64,000 bases of DNA from an uncultured Methanomicrobiales archaeon (GCA_963758915.1 CAVWXH010000003.1:32001-96000); one strand, 5' to 3'; counted from the stretch's first letter, positions 10,244 through 21,951 are shown. Numbers and translations: made by a program. The notes: generated by a model from the letters alone, not told the origin.

Positions 10244-11858
10244 TCCCGAGATGGACGAACTTCAGATCTGCAGGGAAATAATTTCCCTCTTCTTCTCCCG
10301 TGATGACCTGGATATCAGCCAGGCACGGATCGAGGTCTGCAGGAAATATAAACTCAGGATAGTCCCGAAAAATTCTCTCCTGCTTTCGTATGCGCTTCCG
10401 GAGGAGCGCGAGATTCTCCGCCTTGTTCTCCAGGTAAAACCGACACGGACACTTTCAGGTGTTGCACCGGTCGCTGTCATGACCTCCCCCTCCCCCTGCC
10501 CGCATGGAAAATGCCTCCCCTGCCCGGGGGGTCCTGACCACCCGTTCCAGTCACCCCAGAGTTATACGGGGGAGGAGCCTGCAGCTATACGTGGCAGGGA
10601 ACACCAGTATGACCCGTATCAACAGGTAACAGCCCGGCTTTCACAGTTTGAGGCCCTTGGTCACCACGTAGGCAAGGCAGAACTGATCGTGATGGGGGGG
10701 ACCATAACGGCGCGCCCGAAGGAATACCAGGAATGGTTTGTCACCAGGTGCATCCAGGCAATGAATGACTATGACACCCTGAAACGATCCAGCCCCGTGC
10801 TCCCGCCAGCCGGAGAACCTGGTGAGCAGCAGGGTGAAGTCAACCGGGATGCCGTGTTTCTTGACAACGAACACGCCCGGGTGCGGTGTGTCGCCATCAC
10901 GTTTGAGACCCGCCCTGACTGGTGCAGGAAAGAGCACATTGAGTCGATGCTCGACCTTGGCGTTACGAAAGTGGAAATCGGGGTCCAGCATGTAGACGAC
11001 AGGGTCCTTACCGTCAACCGCCGGGGTTGCACAGTTCACGATACCACGGAGGCTAACCAGCTCCTCCGGGATGCCGGCCTCAAGGTCGGGTTCCATATCA
11101 TGCCAAATCTCCCGGGGAGCAGCATTGAAAAAGACCGGGAACTGTTCAGGACGTTATTCGATGATCCCCGATTCAGGCCTGATTTCCTGAAAATCTATCC
11201 AACGCTTGTTACACCTGGATCAGAGATCGAAGCACTCTGGAACGATGGCAGGTATTCACCCTACAGCGAGGAAGAGCTTATCGACCTCATCGCCTATGGA
11301 AAATCGCTCCTTCCGGTCTATGTCCGGCTGCAGCGGATCCAGCGTGATATCCCTGCCAAACTGATCGTCGCAGGATCAAAGCACAGTAATTTCCGGCAGC
11401 TGGCGTCTGACAGGCTTATCGCTAATGGCGGACAGTGCCGTTGTATCCGTTGCCGTGAGATCGGGAGGCATCCTTCCGGGGAGACACCGGAGCTCCTCAC
11501 CGAAACCTACGAGTGCGCCGGGGGGATTGAACACTTTATCTCGTCCGTTGCCGGGGACTCACTTGTCGGCTTTGCGCGCCTCCGGTTCCCTGGCACAATG
11601 TTCAGGAAAGAGCTGGAGGGAAGTGCACTGCTCCGTGAGCTCCACGTATACGGGAGCATCGTACCGATAGGCCATGATCCCTCGGGAGGGGAGCAGCAGC
11701 ACCGCAGTACCGGGTCTTCCCTGCTTTCCGCTGCAGAAGATCTCGCACGCGGGCAGGGGTTCCGGAGGATCTCGATCATGAGCGGGATCGGGGTCAGGCC
11801 GTATTACCGGAACCATGGTTATGAGCGGGCAGGACCATATATGCAGAAGGAACTCTGA
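10233..11858 (+). CDS. elp3: Elp3 radical SAM tRNA uridine(34) acetyltransferase
   Basis: RTLSGVAPVAVM, CPHGKCLPCP, ETRPD, KIYP, CRCIRCRE, RELHVYG and GNAT domain. Confidence 0.96.
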   Translation: MNINPEMDELQICREIISLFFSRDDLDISQARIEVCRKYKLRIVPKNSLLLSYALPEEREILRLVLQVKPTRTLSGVAPVAVMTSPSPCPHGKCLPCPGGPDHPFQSPQSYTGEEPAAIRGREHQYDPYQQVTARLSQFEALGHHVGKAELIVMGGTITARPKEYQEWFVTRCIQAMNDYDTLKRSSPVLPPAGEPGEQQGEVNRDAVFLDNEHARVRCVAITFETRPDWCRKEHIESMLDLGVTKVEIGVQHVDDRVLTVNRRGCTVHDTTEANQLLRDAGLKVGFHIMPNLPGSSIEKDRELFRTLFDDPRFRPDFLKIYPTLVTPGSEIEALWNDGRYSPYSEEELIDLIAYGKSLLPVYVRLQRIQRDIPAKLIVAGSKHSNFRQLASDRLIANGGQCRCIRCREIGRHPSGETPELLTETYECAGGIEHFISSVAGDSLVGFARLRFPGTMFRKELEGSALLRELHVYGSIVPIGHDPSGGEQQHRSTGSSLLSAAEDLARGQGFRRISIMSGIGVRPYYRNHGYERAGPYMQKEL

Positions 11859-13003
11859 TGAAATCGGCAACTCTCGAATTCCTGAGGCAAAGGTTCTCCG
11901 ACTATTACCGAAAGGAGACGGTTATCCCGCCTTCTTCTCTTTCCCAGCGGGAATGGGGGTTCGTTATGTTCGATGCTTCAGGAGAAACACGGATGCGGCG
12001 CCACATCGCTTTCGGGAGTACCCAGGAGATCGGGGAGTATATACGGTCGATCACCCCAGCGCACATCTATTATTCGAGCGCCTATTACGAGACTCCTGGC
12101 GCGCCAACCATGGACTCAAAGCACTGGGCAGGCGCTGACCTGATCTTTGACCTTGATGCGGACCACATTATCCGGGGGGCCTATGATGTGATGCTCACCC
12201 GCGTCCGGGAGGAGACCATAAAACTGCTCGCGATGCTGACCGATGAGCTCGGTTTTTCAGAGAAACAGATCGAGGTGGTCTTTTCGGGTGGCAGGGGGTA
12301 CCACATTCACGTAAAAGACCTTGCAGTCCGGGGATGGGGGAGTGCCGAACGTCGTGAACTGATCGACTATGTCTGCGGGATTGGGATCGACCCCGGGCAT
12401 ATCCTCGCAGTCCGTTCACCTTCACCCCGCGGATGGCGTCGTCGTTATATAGCTGCGATGTCCGAGTATCTTTCATGGTTGCAGGGGCTGCCCGTGGAGG
12501 AGGCAATGGCTGAACTCGAACGTCTGGAAGGAGTGGGGGAGGCATCAGCAGAGCGGTTCCTCGCAGCAGCACCGGATATGCTCCGGAAGATCAATGAGGG
12601 CATCCCGGTCAACCAGAATGACCGCGTTATCTGGCCGGTCATCCGGGCCCTGACCTCGGCACCGGATGGTGCATTTGCCACCCGCCTGAAACAGAAGGCA
12701 GCCCTTGCCGACGAACCGGTGACGACCGATGTGAAACGCCTGATACGACTGCCAACCTCGCTCCACGGGGGAAGCGGGTTTCGGGTGACACCGCTTTCAC
12801 CCGGTGAGCTCTCGGATTTCGATCCCCTTGTCGACGCGGTCGTTTTTGGCACGAAGGGCATCATGGTTGACTGCTCGGTAAAGAGTTCAATGAAACTTCT
12901 CGGGAACAGCTACGCGCTTGAAAAGTCAACCGTTACCGTGCCGGAGGCCCTCGCGGTGTTCCTCTGCTGCCGGGGCCTGGCAGAGATATCAGGGGGTGGA
13001 TAA
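11858..13003 (+). CDS. priS: DNA primase small (catalytic) subunit
   Basis: REWGF, DLIFDLDAD, FSGGRGYH, D.KRLIRLP.SLHG. Confidence 0.96.
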   Translation: MKSATLEFLRQRFSDYYRKETVIPPSSLSQREWGFVMFDASGETRMRRHIAFGSTQEIGEYIRSITPAHIYYSSAYYETPGAPTMDSKHWAGADLIFDLDADHIIRGAYDVMLTRVREETIKLLAMLTDELGFSEKQIEVVFSGGRGYHIHVKDLAVRGWGSAERRELIDYVCGIGIDPGHILAVRSPSPRGWRRRYIAAMSEYLSWLQGLPVEEAMAELERLEGVGEASAERFLAAAPDMLRKINEGIPVNQNDRVIWPVIRALTSAPDGAFATRLKQKAALADEPVTTDVKRLIRLPTSLHGGSGFRVTPLSPGELSDFDPLVDAVVFGTKGIMVDCSVKSSMKLLGNSYALEKSTVTVPEALAVFLCCRGLAEISGGG

Positions 13004-13006
13004 GCC

Positions 13007-13648
13007 GTGCACCTCGAGGAACTACGGGCAATTCTCCTTTCGGAGCGGGAGACCGGCAGGCTGACCAGTATCCCGTCGGATATTTTTGAAACGACAAAAA
13101 AGGAACTGGAGGAACTCACTTCTGATGTGCATGCAAACGAGGACCCGTTCAGCGATCGCACCCGTGTCCTGATTGAACGGGCGTCAAGTATACGTGAGAC
13201 ACTCCAGGACCTCTTCAGGATCAGGGCAGAGAAGATACTCGCCCTCTCGTCAGGCCATATAGAGGGTCACACGCTTGAAAAAGACGAAGTAAAGAAGATG
13301 CTCCCCGCCGAACGGGAGATGTTTGATGCCGTTACCGGGGCGATCGCTAAAAATCGCGAGATTTGCATTATTACCCGGCACGACCGCATACCCGTGACAC
13401 CAGGTGAGAACAAATTCCCCATTAACGGTGATGAAACTACCGGGGAGACGATTCCCGGGACTGGAGAGACGTCCCTGCCTGGCCAGGGATATATCCTCGC
13501 CCGGGTCCTTGACAATATGGAGCCATTTATGGGCGTGGATGGGAGAATTTATCACCTTATGAAAGAAGATATAGTGACACTTCCCCGGAGGAATGCGGAA
13601 GTTCTGAACGAACGCAACATAGTGTTAAATATCACTCCGGGAAAATAA
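13007..13648 (+). CDS. GINS family DNA replication protein (Gins51-like)
   Basis: Follows priS; C-terminal [19 protein letters not shown]-domain. Confidence 0.8.
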   Translation: MHLEELRAILLSERETGRLTSIPSDIFETTKKELEELTSDVHANEDPFSDRTRVLIERASSIRETLQDLFRIRAEKILALSSGHIEGHTLEKDEVKKMLPAEREMFDAVTGAIAKNREICIITRHDRIPVTPGENKFPINGDETTGETIPGTGETSLPGQGYILARVLDNMEPFMGVDGRIYHLMKEDIVTLPRRNAEVLNERNIVLNITPGK

Positions 13649-13686
13649 TACTGGTATTTGTTACTATTTCCATAGGTGTAAATCTC

Positions 13687-13965
13687 ATGAAAATGCCCGC
13701 CAAATTTAAGACCTACTGCCCATTCTGCAGGAATCATCAGGAGCACGAGGTCGAGAAGGTAAAGAAGAGCAAGACGACCGGGCTCCACTGGATTGACCGG
13801 CAGAAGGCACGAAGAGGCCATGTCGGGAATATGGGGAAATTCTCGAAAGTACCCGGTGGGGACAAGCCGACCAAGAAGATCAATGTCCGTTACCGGTGCA
13901 AGACCTGCGGGAAAGCACATCTCCGCCCGGGATACAGAATTGCGAAATTTGAACTGACGGAGTGA
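13687..13965 (+). CDS. rpl44e: 50S ribosomal protein L44e
   Basis: TYCPFC..H..H, KPTKK..RYRC..CGK. Confidence 0.97.
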   Translation: MKMPAKFKTYCPFCRNHQEHEVEKVKKSKTTGLHWIDRQKARRGHVGNMGKFSKVPGGDKPTKKINVRYRCKTCGKAHLRPGYRIAKFELTE

Positions 13966-13973
13966 GATGCGAT

Positions 13974-14162
13974 ATGGTACGCCAGCACAGGGAAAACAGG
14001 AGTGTTTTTATCAAGGTCAAGTGCCCGGACTGCGAAAATGAGCAGCTGGTCTTTGACAAGGCATCCACGAAAGTGGATTGTGTAGTATGCGGAAAAGTGC
14101 TCGCCGAGCCAACTGGTGGCAAGGCAGGCATCCAGGTTGAAAAACTTGCAGTCTACAAGTGA
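13974..14162 (+). CDS. rps27e: 30S ribosomal protein S27e
   Basis: [12 protein letters not shown]...[13 protein letters not shown]. Confidence 0.97.
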   Translation: MVRQHRENRSVFIKVKCPDCENEQLVFDKASTKVDCVVCGKVLAEPTGGKAGIQVEKLAVYK

Positions 14163-14171
14163 GTACGGCAT

Positions 14172-14961
14172 ATGAAAGGTGAAGAATGGCCGGAGGAAGG
14201 GGATCTCGTCGTCTGCACAGTCCAGCATGTGAAGGACTTCGTTGCGTTCGTTTCACTCGATGAGTATAACGGGCGGGAAGGTCTGATCCCCATCTCCGAG
14301 ATCGCGACGGGATGGATCAAGTACATCAGGGACCATATCAGGGAAGGCCAGAAGGTGGTCTGCAAGGTCCTCAATGTTGACACGTCACGAGGCCATATCG
14401 ACCTTTCATTAAAGGATGTCAATGAGCACCAGCGCCGGGAAACGATCCGTGAGTGGAAGAACGAGTCGAAGGCCAGCAAGTGGATCAGTTTCGCCGCGGA
14501 AGCGTCAGGCGGATCTGCAGAGGCGATCGAAACCGCATTATACAAAAAATACGGGGACCTGTATACTGCATTTGAAGATATTGTCATGAACGGGGCAGAC
14601 GTCGTAAGGGAACTCGGGCTCCCGGAGGCGTCTGTCGATGCCCTGGTTGCCGTTGCCAAAGAGAACGTCAGGATCCCGAAAGTCACGGTGGCCGGGAATA
14701 TCATCCTTACCTCCCCAAAGCCGGATGGAGTAAACATTATCCGCCGGGCCCTCCGCAGTGCCGAACCAAAGATCCAGGACGTGGAGATCGAACTCACCTA
14801 TATCGGTGCACCGGCCTACCGGATCAAGGTCACCGCACCTGATTACAAGACTTGCCGAGAAGGCAATCGAAAGGGCCGCAAGTGCAGCGATTGGCGTTGT
14901 GGAACGGGCAGGCGGCGAAGGAAAGTTCGTTAAAAAGCCGAAATCCGGTAAGAGTTCATGA
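14172..14961 (+). CDS. eif2a: Translation initiation factor 2 alpha subunit (apparent +1 frameshift near 14852)
   Basis: S1 domain, KGHIDLSL-like RGHIDLSLK, YIGAPAYRI; C-terminus AEKAIE... continues in another frame after an extra T. Confidence 0.93.
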
Positions 14962-15119
14962 GTGGTCATATCAGGCGTTGCAGCAAGGACAGGACCTATA
15001 CTCTTAACATGCAGTGTCCTGTCTGCGGTGACGCCACAAGGACTGCACACCCGGCACGTTTTTCACCTGAAGACCGGCTTGGGGAGTACCGGAGACGGGT
15101 TAGAGAATGGAAGATATAA
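14958..15119 (+). CDS. nop10: H/ACA RNP protein Nop10 (53 aa, below the ORF-track cutoff)
   Basis: MSGHIRRC..DRTYTL..QCPVCG..T..AHPARFSPEDR.G.YRR; conserved position after eIF2a. Confidence 0.93.
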   Translation: MSGHIRRCSKDRTYTLNMQCPVCGDATRTAHPARFSPEDRLGEYRRRVREWKI

Positions 15120-15862
15120 CAATCCGCTTTCTTGATGGTTTTTCGAAGGATGAGGTGGATTCACCCGTTCTTATCGAAGGGCTGCCCGGCATTGGTCATG
15201 TCGGAAAACTTGTGGCAGAACATATCATTCATGAGCTGGGCGCGAAAAAAATCGCCCAGATCCATTCGATCTATTTTCCTCCCCAGGTGATTATCGGGGA
15301 GGACAGTGTAATCCGTCTCGCAAATAACGAGATTTATTTCTATAAAGATGATACCCACCAGATCCTCTTCCTTGTCGGTGATTTCCAGAGCACCTCAAAC
15401 GAAGGGCATTACCTGCTCGCCGAACAGTACCTGAAAATCGCTGAAGAGTTCGGGGTCAGGCGGATCTATACCCTGGGGGGATTCGGTGTCGGTCACCTTG
15501 TGGAAGAACCGAGAGTGCTTGCCGCAGTAAACCGGATTGAGTTAAAAGAAGAGGCGGCAGAAGCCGGAGCTGTCTTTGAAAATGGTGAACCGGTAGGCGG
15601 AATTATCGGGGCCGCAGGACTCCTCCTGGGCCTGAGTGCGTACCATAACATCGATGGGATATGCCTGATGGGGGAGACTTCAGGGTACCTCGTCGACCCT
15701 AAAAGCGCTACCAGCCTGTTAAAAGTCCTTTCATCACTTATCGGTATCGGGATCGATTCAACGACACTCGTAGAGCGGGGGGTCGATATGGAACGGATGG
15801 TCCAGAAACTTATCGAGGGCGAACAAGCAGTACATGACGAAGAACTAAGGTACATCGGTTAA
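15107..15862 (+). CDS. Proteasome assembly chaperone (PAC2) family protein
   Basis: EGLPGIGHVG, YTLGG, CLMGETSGYLVDP; conserved position after nop10. Confidence 0.9.
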   Translation: MEDITIRFLDGFSKDEVDSPVLIEGLPGIGHVGKLVAEHIIHELGAKKIAQIHSIYFPPQVIIGEDSVIRLANNEIYFYKDDTHQILFLVGDFQSTSNEGHYLLAEQYLKIAEEFGVRRIYTLGGFGVGHLVEEPRVLAAVNRIELKEEAAEAGAVFENGEPVGGIIGAAGLLLGLSAYHNIDGICLMGETSGYLVDPKSATSLLKVLSSLIGIGIDSTTLVERGVDMERMVQKLIEGEQAVHDEELRYIG

Positions 15863-15961
15863 AGAACCGGGTCAGTGTATGGGATCTTTTCCAGAGGTCA
15901 GAGCACTGCAATTGGTTTGGATCCACCAGACCGTATAAAAAAAGGATACTATTTTTGATCT

Positions 15962-16937
15962 CTATACGCTGATCCTTCCTGCGAGTTGTCCCTGCGGGTC
16001 GTAGAGTGAGGCGGTATCTCCCTGTGGGTTCCAGAAATCAACGCCATACGGATAATAGAGCTCGCTGCTCGTGACCATACCATCCGTTCCGAAATAGACG
16101 GTCAGGGTTGAATACGGGTTAAGCACGTAGGTGAAGGTTGATCCACCACCCAGGGGGAAGTCGATAAAGGTAAGGGCATTGCCCCGGCTGTTCGTTATCT
16201 TCCATCCGGTCATGACCACCGGTGATCTTCCCGTATTTGTGATCTTCACATACTTGCCCTGCAGGTTCAGTTCTGTTACAGAAACCCCTGCATTCTGGCC
16301 TGTTACCTCACTTCCTGGCGTTGGTACCTGGGTGGGGAATGTTGTTGAGGGCAGGTAATAGGGGGTAGGCGGCACGGTGATCGGCTTATTATCGGTGAAA
16401 ACCGGCGTAGGTACCTGGGTGGGGAATGTTGCTGTGGGCAGGTAATAGGGGGTAGGCGGCCGGGTGATCGGCTTGTGATAGATGACCGGGTCAGCGTATG
16501 TCGGCACCGGTTGCGTCGTCGGGGTGGGTGTTTCAGTACCAGTTGGGGTAACCGGCACATATCCATTGGTAGTATAGACTCTTAAAAAGCCTGATCCGGT
16601 CTGCCTGGCTGAGCGTCGAAGGGTAGGTAGTGGCAGCAGCCTGCTTTCCAGTCATCTTCCCCCATGCGATAGCCTGTTCAGGTGAAGCAGGAGTGAACCA
16701 CGCTGTATCGTCAGAAGGTTCATACGAGGGTGCTGGCAGGGGAAGTGTTCCTGTGCTGTCGGCCGGCCCGGTCCATGGATGTTGCGCTGTCGTTTTAAAC
16801 CATGCCATAACATCGTCCAGGGAAGCGGGAGTGAACCAGGAAGTGTCATCGCTCGCACTTACCGGCAGGACGAACAATCCAAAAAGGAGGAGGATTCCAA
16901 CTATCAATCCAATACGGGCCCTTGTACTCATTTTCAT
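15962..16937 (-). CDS. Secreted Pro/Thr-rich protein with C-terminal lamin-tail-like domain (two ORFs, probably one frameshifted gene)
   Basis: Signal peptide in 16533..16937; lamin-tail motifs (YVKITN, MTGWKI, WN..GDTASLYD) in 15962..16558; frames join near 16575 if one base is removed. Confidence 0.65.
16320..16475 (-). repeat. Intragenic direct repeat encoding KPIT.PPTPYYLP..TFPTQVPTP twice
   Basis: GGTACCTGGGTGGGGAATGTTG...GGCAGGTAATAGGGGGTAGGCGGC occurs twice. Confidence 0.85.
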
Positions 16938-17192
16938 TGTAAAACCTCTTGTTATTCAGGGAAAGGCAGGATTATTGGAATTCCTGACCAATAGTATCGT
17001 TTTTGTACACCGTACTACTAAAAACCTCTTAATACGCCAGTATTTTCTTAAAAACTATCTGAAATGGTGATAAACGGTTAATATAAATACCAGGTTTAAA
17101 AGCGAGTCATTGAATGAACAATGTCCCCTGTTTCTGACAAACAGGGTCGATATTATGAGTTTTTATGTCCAGGAAGGTACCTATCCTGTATT

Positions 17193-18329
17193 ATGCAGGT
17201 AAACGCAGACCTCCATATCCATTCCCGTTTTTCGATGGCCACCTCCCCAAGGATGGTGCCGGGTAACATTATCGATGCCTGCGTAATGAAAGGGATAACG
17301 GTCCTTGGCAGCGGCGATGCACTCCATCCCGAATGGCAGCATCTCTGGGCAGATTACATAGATAACAATGCGGGGATCCTTATCATCCCTACCGCAGAGG
17401 TGGAGGACCAGGACAGGGTACATCACCTCATCATTATGCAGGATTTCGAGGGATTTTCTGAGCTTCGTTCGATGCTCATCCCATTCAGCAGGGATATCCT
17501 TACCGGGGGACGTCCCCATATACGGCTCCCGGGCAGCCGGATTGCCGGGATGGTCCATCAACTCGGTGGCATGATCGGCCCTGCCCATGCATTCACCCCC
17601 TGGACTTCTCTTTTTGCATATTATGACCAGGTAGAGGAATGTTACGGCCGGGAGAAGGTGGACTTTCTTGAACTGGGCCTTTCAGCCGATAATTCCTATG
17701 GGGTGGCAATACCCGACCTTTACAAGGTACCCTTTATTACAAATTCCGATGCCCACAGCCCGGACCCTGCAAAATGCGGGCGGGAGTTTACAAGGTTATC
17801 CATAAAGCGGCGTACCGTTGGGGGTGTGCTCTCGGCAGTAAAGTCCGGAGATATTGAAATGAATGTCGGGCTTTTTCCGGAAGAAGGAAAATACAATCGC
17901 ACCGCCTGTACCCGGTGCTACGAGCAGTACACCCCTGCACAGGCCGAAGGATTCCGGTGGCGGTGCCCGAAAGACCGCGGGTTGGTCAAGAAAGGAGTCC
18001 GTGACAGGGCCCGGGAGCTCTCCAGCGGCACCCCGGTAAAGCGGCCACCCTACCTCCACATACTACCGCTCGGTGAGATTATCAGGATAACGGAGAACGC
18101 CTCGTCAACCACTACAAAAAAGTGCATTGCTACGTATACACAGCTCATTTCGGCTTTTGGCAACGAGATTGCGATCCTGACCACCACACCGGTCACGGAG
18201 ATCAGGGAGGTTGACAACAGGATAGCGGATGCAATTGATGCGTTCCGCAACAACCGGATCTCTCTACAGCCAGGCGGTGGCGGACGTTTTGGGACCTTTA
18301 CCCTGGACCCTCCCGGGTATTCAGGTTAA
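17193..18329 (+). CDS. PHP-domain endonuclease Q-like (TIGR00375) protein
   Basis: ADLHIHSRFS, GPAHAFTP, ELGLSAD, NSDAHS, GKYNRTAC..C, PGGGG.FG. Confidence 0.88.
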   Translation: MQVNADLHIHSRFSMATSPRMVPGNIIDACVMKGITVLGSGDALHPEWQHLWADYIDNNAGILIIPTAEVEDQDRVHHLIIMQDFEGFSELRSMLIPFSRDILTGGRPHIRLPGSRIAGMVHQLGGMIGPAHAFTPWTSLFAYYDQVEECYGREKVDFLELGLSADNSYGVAIPDLYKVPFITNSDAHSPDPAKCGREFTRLSIKRRTVGGVLSAVKSGDIEMNVGLFPEEGKYNRTACTRCYEQYTPAQAEGFRWRCPKDRGLVKKGVRDRARELSSGTPVKRPPYLHILPLGEIIRITENASSTTTKKCIATYTQLISAFGNEIAILTTTPVTEIREVDNRIADAIDAFRNNRISLQPGGGGRFGTFTLDPPGYSG

Positions 18330-18434
18330 TCCTCTTCACCATCATACGCGACATCCCCTGATTCATGAGAGAAGTCCTCCGGAGTACTGGCGACTGAGTA
18401 ACTATTATTGGAGTTGCAGGACAATCTGATCAGG

Positions 18435-18608
18435 ATGTTGAAGGTTCACCGGGATATCTGTGGCTACTGTGGATGCTGCGTATCGGTCTGTAAAGAGGGG
18501 GCGCTCGAACTGATCGATGCGTACCTCGAAGTGGGACCGGGTTGCACGGACTGTGGTGTCTGCGCAAAGGCATGTCCGGTCGGGGCACTGGAGGTCGAAC
18601 GCGAATGA
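18435..18608 (+). CDS. 2x[4Fe-4S] ferredoxin
   Basis: [11 protein letters not shown] and [12 protein letters not shown]; stop overlaps the GGR start. Confidence 0.9.
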   Translation: MLKVHRDICGYCGCCVSVCKEGALELIDAYLEVGPGCTDCGVCAKACPVGALEVERE

Positions 18609-19800
18609 AGAAGCATTATGACCTCCTCATGATCGGGGGAGGGCCGGCGGGGGCCATTGCCGCAAGGACTGCTGCAAAGGCAGGACTTTCTGCCTGTATT
18701 GTTGAGAAACGGCCTGCAATCGGGGCTCCGGTGCGTTGTGCTGAGGGTATCGGAATAGAAAGTCTGCAGGAGTTTGTTGAACCCAAACCCTGTTTCATCT
18801 CAGCCGAAATGCATCGTGCCGCGGTCGTTGCACCTGACGGCACAACCATGATGCTTGACTCAGAGAGTGCCGGCGGAAAAGTTGGTTATGTTCTTGACGG
18901 AAAGTGTTTGACCGTGAACTCGTCTGGCAGGCAGCTGATGCCGGGGCAGACGTGGCAGTCAAAACGCGGGCAAGTGCCCCGATCATGAATGACGGAAAGA
19001 TCTGCGGGGCGACCCTGGAGTGCGGCGGGACAAAGACCGATGTAATGGCTGACGTCGTCGTGGCAGCCGACGGTGTGGAGTCAAAATTCTCTAAATGGTG
19101 CGGGATCGACACAACAGTGCCGCTCCGGGAGATCATGTCTTCTGCGCAGTACATCGTGACTGATATCGATATCGACCCTCACTGCACGGTATTCTGCCTT
19201 GGAAATAACGTGGCCCCCCAGGGATATCTCTGGGTATTCCCGAAAGGTGACCGAACGGCAAATGTCGGTATCGGGATCAGCGGGTTAAAAAGCGGTAGCG
19301 GTCACCGGGCTAAGGACTATCTTGACAAGTATATGGCCTCAAAATTCCCCAACGGAAAGACCATCGAGTGGATTGTCGGGGGAGTATCGGTCTGCAGGCC
19401 GCTTGCCTGTACCGTGGCAGACGGACTCATTATCGCGGGTGACGCAGCCCGCGTAGTAGACCCGCTTACGGGAGGCGGGATCTACAACGCAATGTACACC
19501 GGCGACCTTGCAGCAAAGGTCGCAATTGACGCGATCGAAAACGGGGACACCAGCAAAAAAGCGCTCATGCCCTATGACACGCAGTGGCGGGAATCAAAGA
19601 TGGGGAAGACCATCGAGAGGAACTACCATATCAAGGAATATATGATCAACCTCACGGACGCAAAACTGAACGCGATCATCCAGACCGCCACATCTCTCAA
19701 CTTAAAAGAGTTCTCCACGCTCCAGCTGGTAAAAGAGCTGATCAAGAGGGACCCAAAACTCATCTTCGAGCTGGCCTTTTTAAAAGACCTTATAACATAA
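18605..19800 (+). CDS. Digeranylgeranylglycerophospholipid (geranylgeranyl) reductase, apparent 1-base deletion near 18898
   Basis: [36 protein letters not shown]; the expected LDRKVFD is broken by a missing base. Confidence 0.9.
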
Positions 19801-19981
19801 TTTTTCCAGACTGTTGTTCCGGGTTATGTCCCAGATACAAGATTCCCCCATTAAATCCATTTTTTAAAGGAATCGGGAGGTTCATCGTCACTGCCCTTAC
19901 CGGCCGGCATTCCTTTTAGTGGGTGCCTTTCTCTCCCTGCCACCGAAACCACCTAAAATAAATAACATCATACTAGTAATC

Positions 19982-20761
19982 ATGGATTTGATGAAGAAAT
20001 GGGGCATTATACTTAAGGCACTGGTTATCGTCCTCGTTCTCCTCGGGGTGAGGACAATGATCAATATACTCGGGTATGATACGGTACCGATTACCCCGAT
20101 TGTAGGTGCTTTTATCACGGGTGCGATATTCACCATCGCGGTAATTTTCACCGGCACATTCACCGATTTCAAAGAGAGCGAGAAAATTGCGGGTGATATG
20201 GCTTCAGCGCTCAAGGCGCTTTATAATGATTCGATTGTCATCCCCCTCGAGGACCAGACGCCACTGGTAACGATGAGGAGTCACATCCGGGCACTCCTGA
20301 ACACCATCAATGCGTCCTTCATGGAAAACAACTTCAACCCACGTGCAATCAACCACGCGATGGATATTGTAACCGATGATATCCGGGTACTTGGCAAACT
20401 GAATGTGGCGCCCCCGACTCTTGCAAAACTGAGAATCGAACTGGGTGCACTCGATAAACTGGTCAACCGTGTCGATGTTATTACCAGAACGGATTTTATC
20501 CCGGCAGCATACGCAATAGCCGAGATTGCAACTGCGGCAGTGATCCTTGTAATGCTCTTTGTTAAAAATGACCCCTACCTTGAGGGTTCGGTGATTTTCG
20601 TGTTTCTCAGCCTGATGTTGATTGCCCTCGTCTTCCTAATCAAAGACATGGATAACCCCTTCGAATTTCACCAGGGTACGAGTGCTGATGTGGATATTGA
20701 CACACTTCTCAACCTTGGAACCTACTTCGAAGAAAGGGAAGCAAAACTTGGGAAGAGTTAA
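19982..20761 (+). CDS. Membrane protein, bestrophin-like
   Basis: Four hydrophobic segments and a C-terminal IKDMDNPF motif. Confidence 0.6.
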   Translation: MDLMKKWGIILKALVIVLVLLGVRTMINILGYDTVPITPIVGAFITGAIFTIAVIFTGTFTDFKESEKIAGDMASALKALYNDSIVIPLEDQTPLVTMRSHIRALLNTINASFMENNFNPRAINHAMDIVTDDIRVLGKLNVAPPTLAKLRIELGALDKLVNRVDVITRTDFIPAAYAIAEIATAAVILVMLFVKNDPYLEGSVIFVFLSLMLIALVFLIKDMDNPFEFHQGTSADVDIDTLLNLGTYFEEREAKLGKS

Positions 20762-20777
20762 TACTATTCCTTTTTCC

Positions 20778-21040
20778 GGGTATGTTTAACCCTGCGTGTT
20801 TAAAAAAAAGGAAGGGAAAATACGAAAAACAGGAGGGCGTTTTACCCCCTCCCTGTCCCAGCCCCTGAAAGATATCCAGCAGGCAATGGTTCAACTGCAG
20901 TAACCCTGAAAATTTCAGAGATGTAACGGTCATGTCCTATCCCAACCAGGGAGCCAAAGCGGCAGGCGGGACCCCGGGAGCGTGGGTAAATTTGGGAATA
21001 CTCTAATCTCCAATATAAATTTGAGCGTGTGAACGGAGCC
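20778..21040 (-). mobile_element. Degenerate MITE copy (reverse)
   Basis: Core blocks present, decayed TIRs; flanks CTTTTTCC / CTTTCTTC look like an eroded 8-bp TSD. Confidence 0.75.
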
Positions 21041-21245
21041 CTTTCTTCCCTTTTGTATTGTCAGGACAGATAACTACCCCTGGCGTAACAACCCTGATGA
21101 ATTATGGGGGATCCTTTGTGTTTGACGGTGAATGTTCCGCTTAGGGAAGATTATGCATCCATACGATGCTCCTTAAACATGTGGCCATTCATCCAGCCGG
21201 GATAGGCGGCGTACCTAAAAATAGAGGGTCCGATCATTACTGCAT

Positions 21246-21707
21246 ATGCAAGGATACCTGGCACTCCTCTGTTTGCTGTTGGCTGCGGCACTTCTCTTTA
21301 GCGGATGTGGGATGCTCATAAAAGACCCGGATATTAAGGTTAAAAATGTTGCACTGGAATCCGCAGACCTTTCCAGTGTAAACCTTCTGGTAACGCTGAG
21401 TATTGACAACCCGAACCCGCTGGGTATTAACATTAAATCCCTGGTTTTTGACGTATATTACCAGAAAGGGGATGAATGGAACTATATTTCGCATGGTGAA
21501 ACAGGGAGTTTCAGCCTTAAACCAGGAATGAATGAAGTGACAGTCCCGGTGAGCATAAAAACATCTGCAATTCCGGGTGCCGTTGTTGGTGCACTTGCCC
21601 GGGGAGAGATCACCCTTAAGATTACCGGTACAGCATCACCGGATTTCTTCGGTATTGCCCCGCAGATACCATTCTCAACCGTCACCACGGTCCCTTTGAA
21701 ATTGTGA
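21246..21707 (+). CDS. LEA type 2 (WHy domain) lipoprotein
   Basis: Lipobox-like FSGC and IDNPNP motif. Confidence 0.85.
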   Translation: MQGYLALLCLLLAAALLFSGCGMLIKDPDIKVKNVALESADLSSVNLLVTLSIDNPNPLGINIKSLVFDVYYQKGDEWNYISHGETGSFSLKPGMNEVTVPVSIKTSAIPGAVVGALARGEITLKITGTASPDFFGIAPQIPFSTVTTVPLKL

Positions 21708-21951
21708 GGATACACCAGTGAACCCGGAGGTCTGGAAAAGACTTCCCATTTTTTCCTGGCAGGACCGGACTAAAATTGTCCTTATAGATTAGCTGCCATT
21801 ACTGCCTGTTAGAACCGGATCTGCCCGGATTACTACCAGGTTTTTTGTTGACCAGGTATCAGGGAGGTTTTCCTGTACATCCCCCTGCTATTGTCCGGGG
21901 CATCAGGTCAGGTACAGCAGGTTAATATTCGATCTGGCGAAATAAGTACCA

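Noticed and set aside
14840-14870. Programmed ribosomal frameshifting in eif2a, prk, rnhB or rnz
   Set aside because: No slippery heptamer or shared signal; the scatter of indels fits sequencing error better
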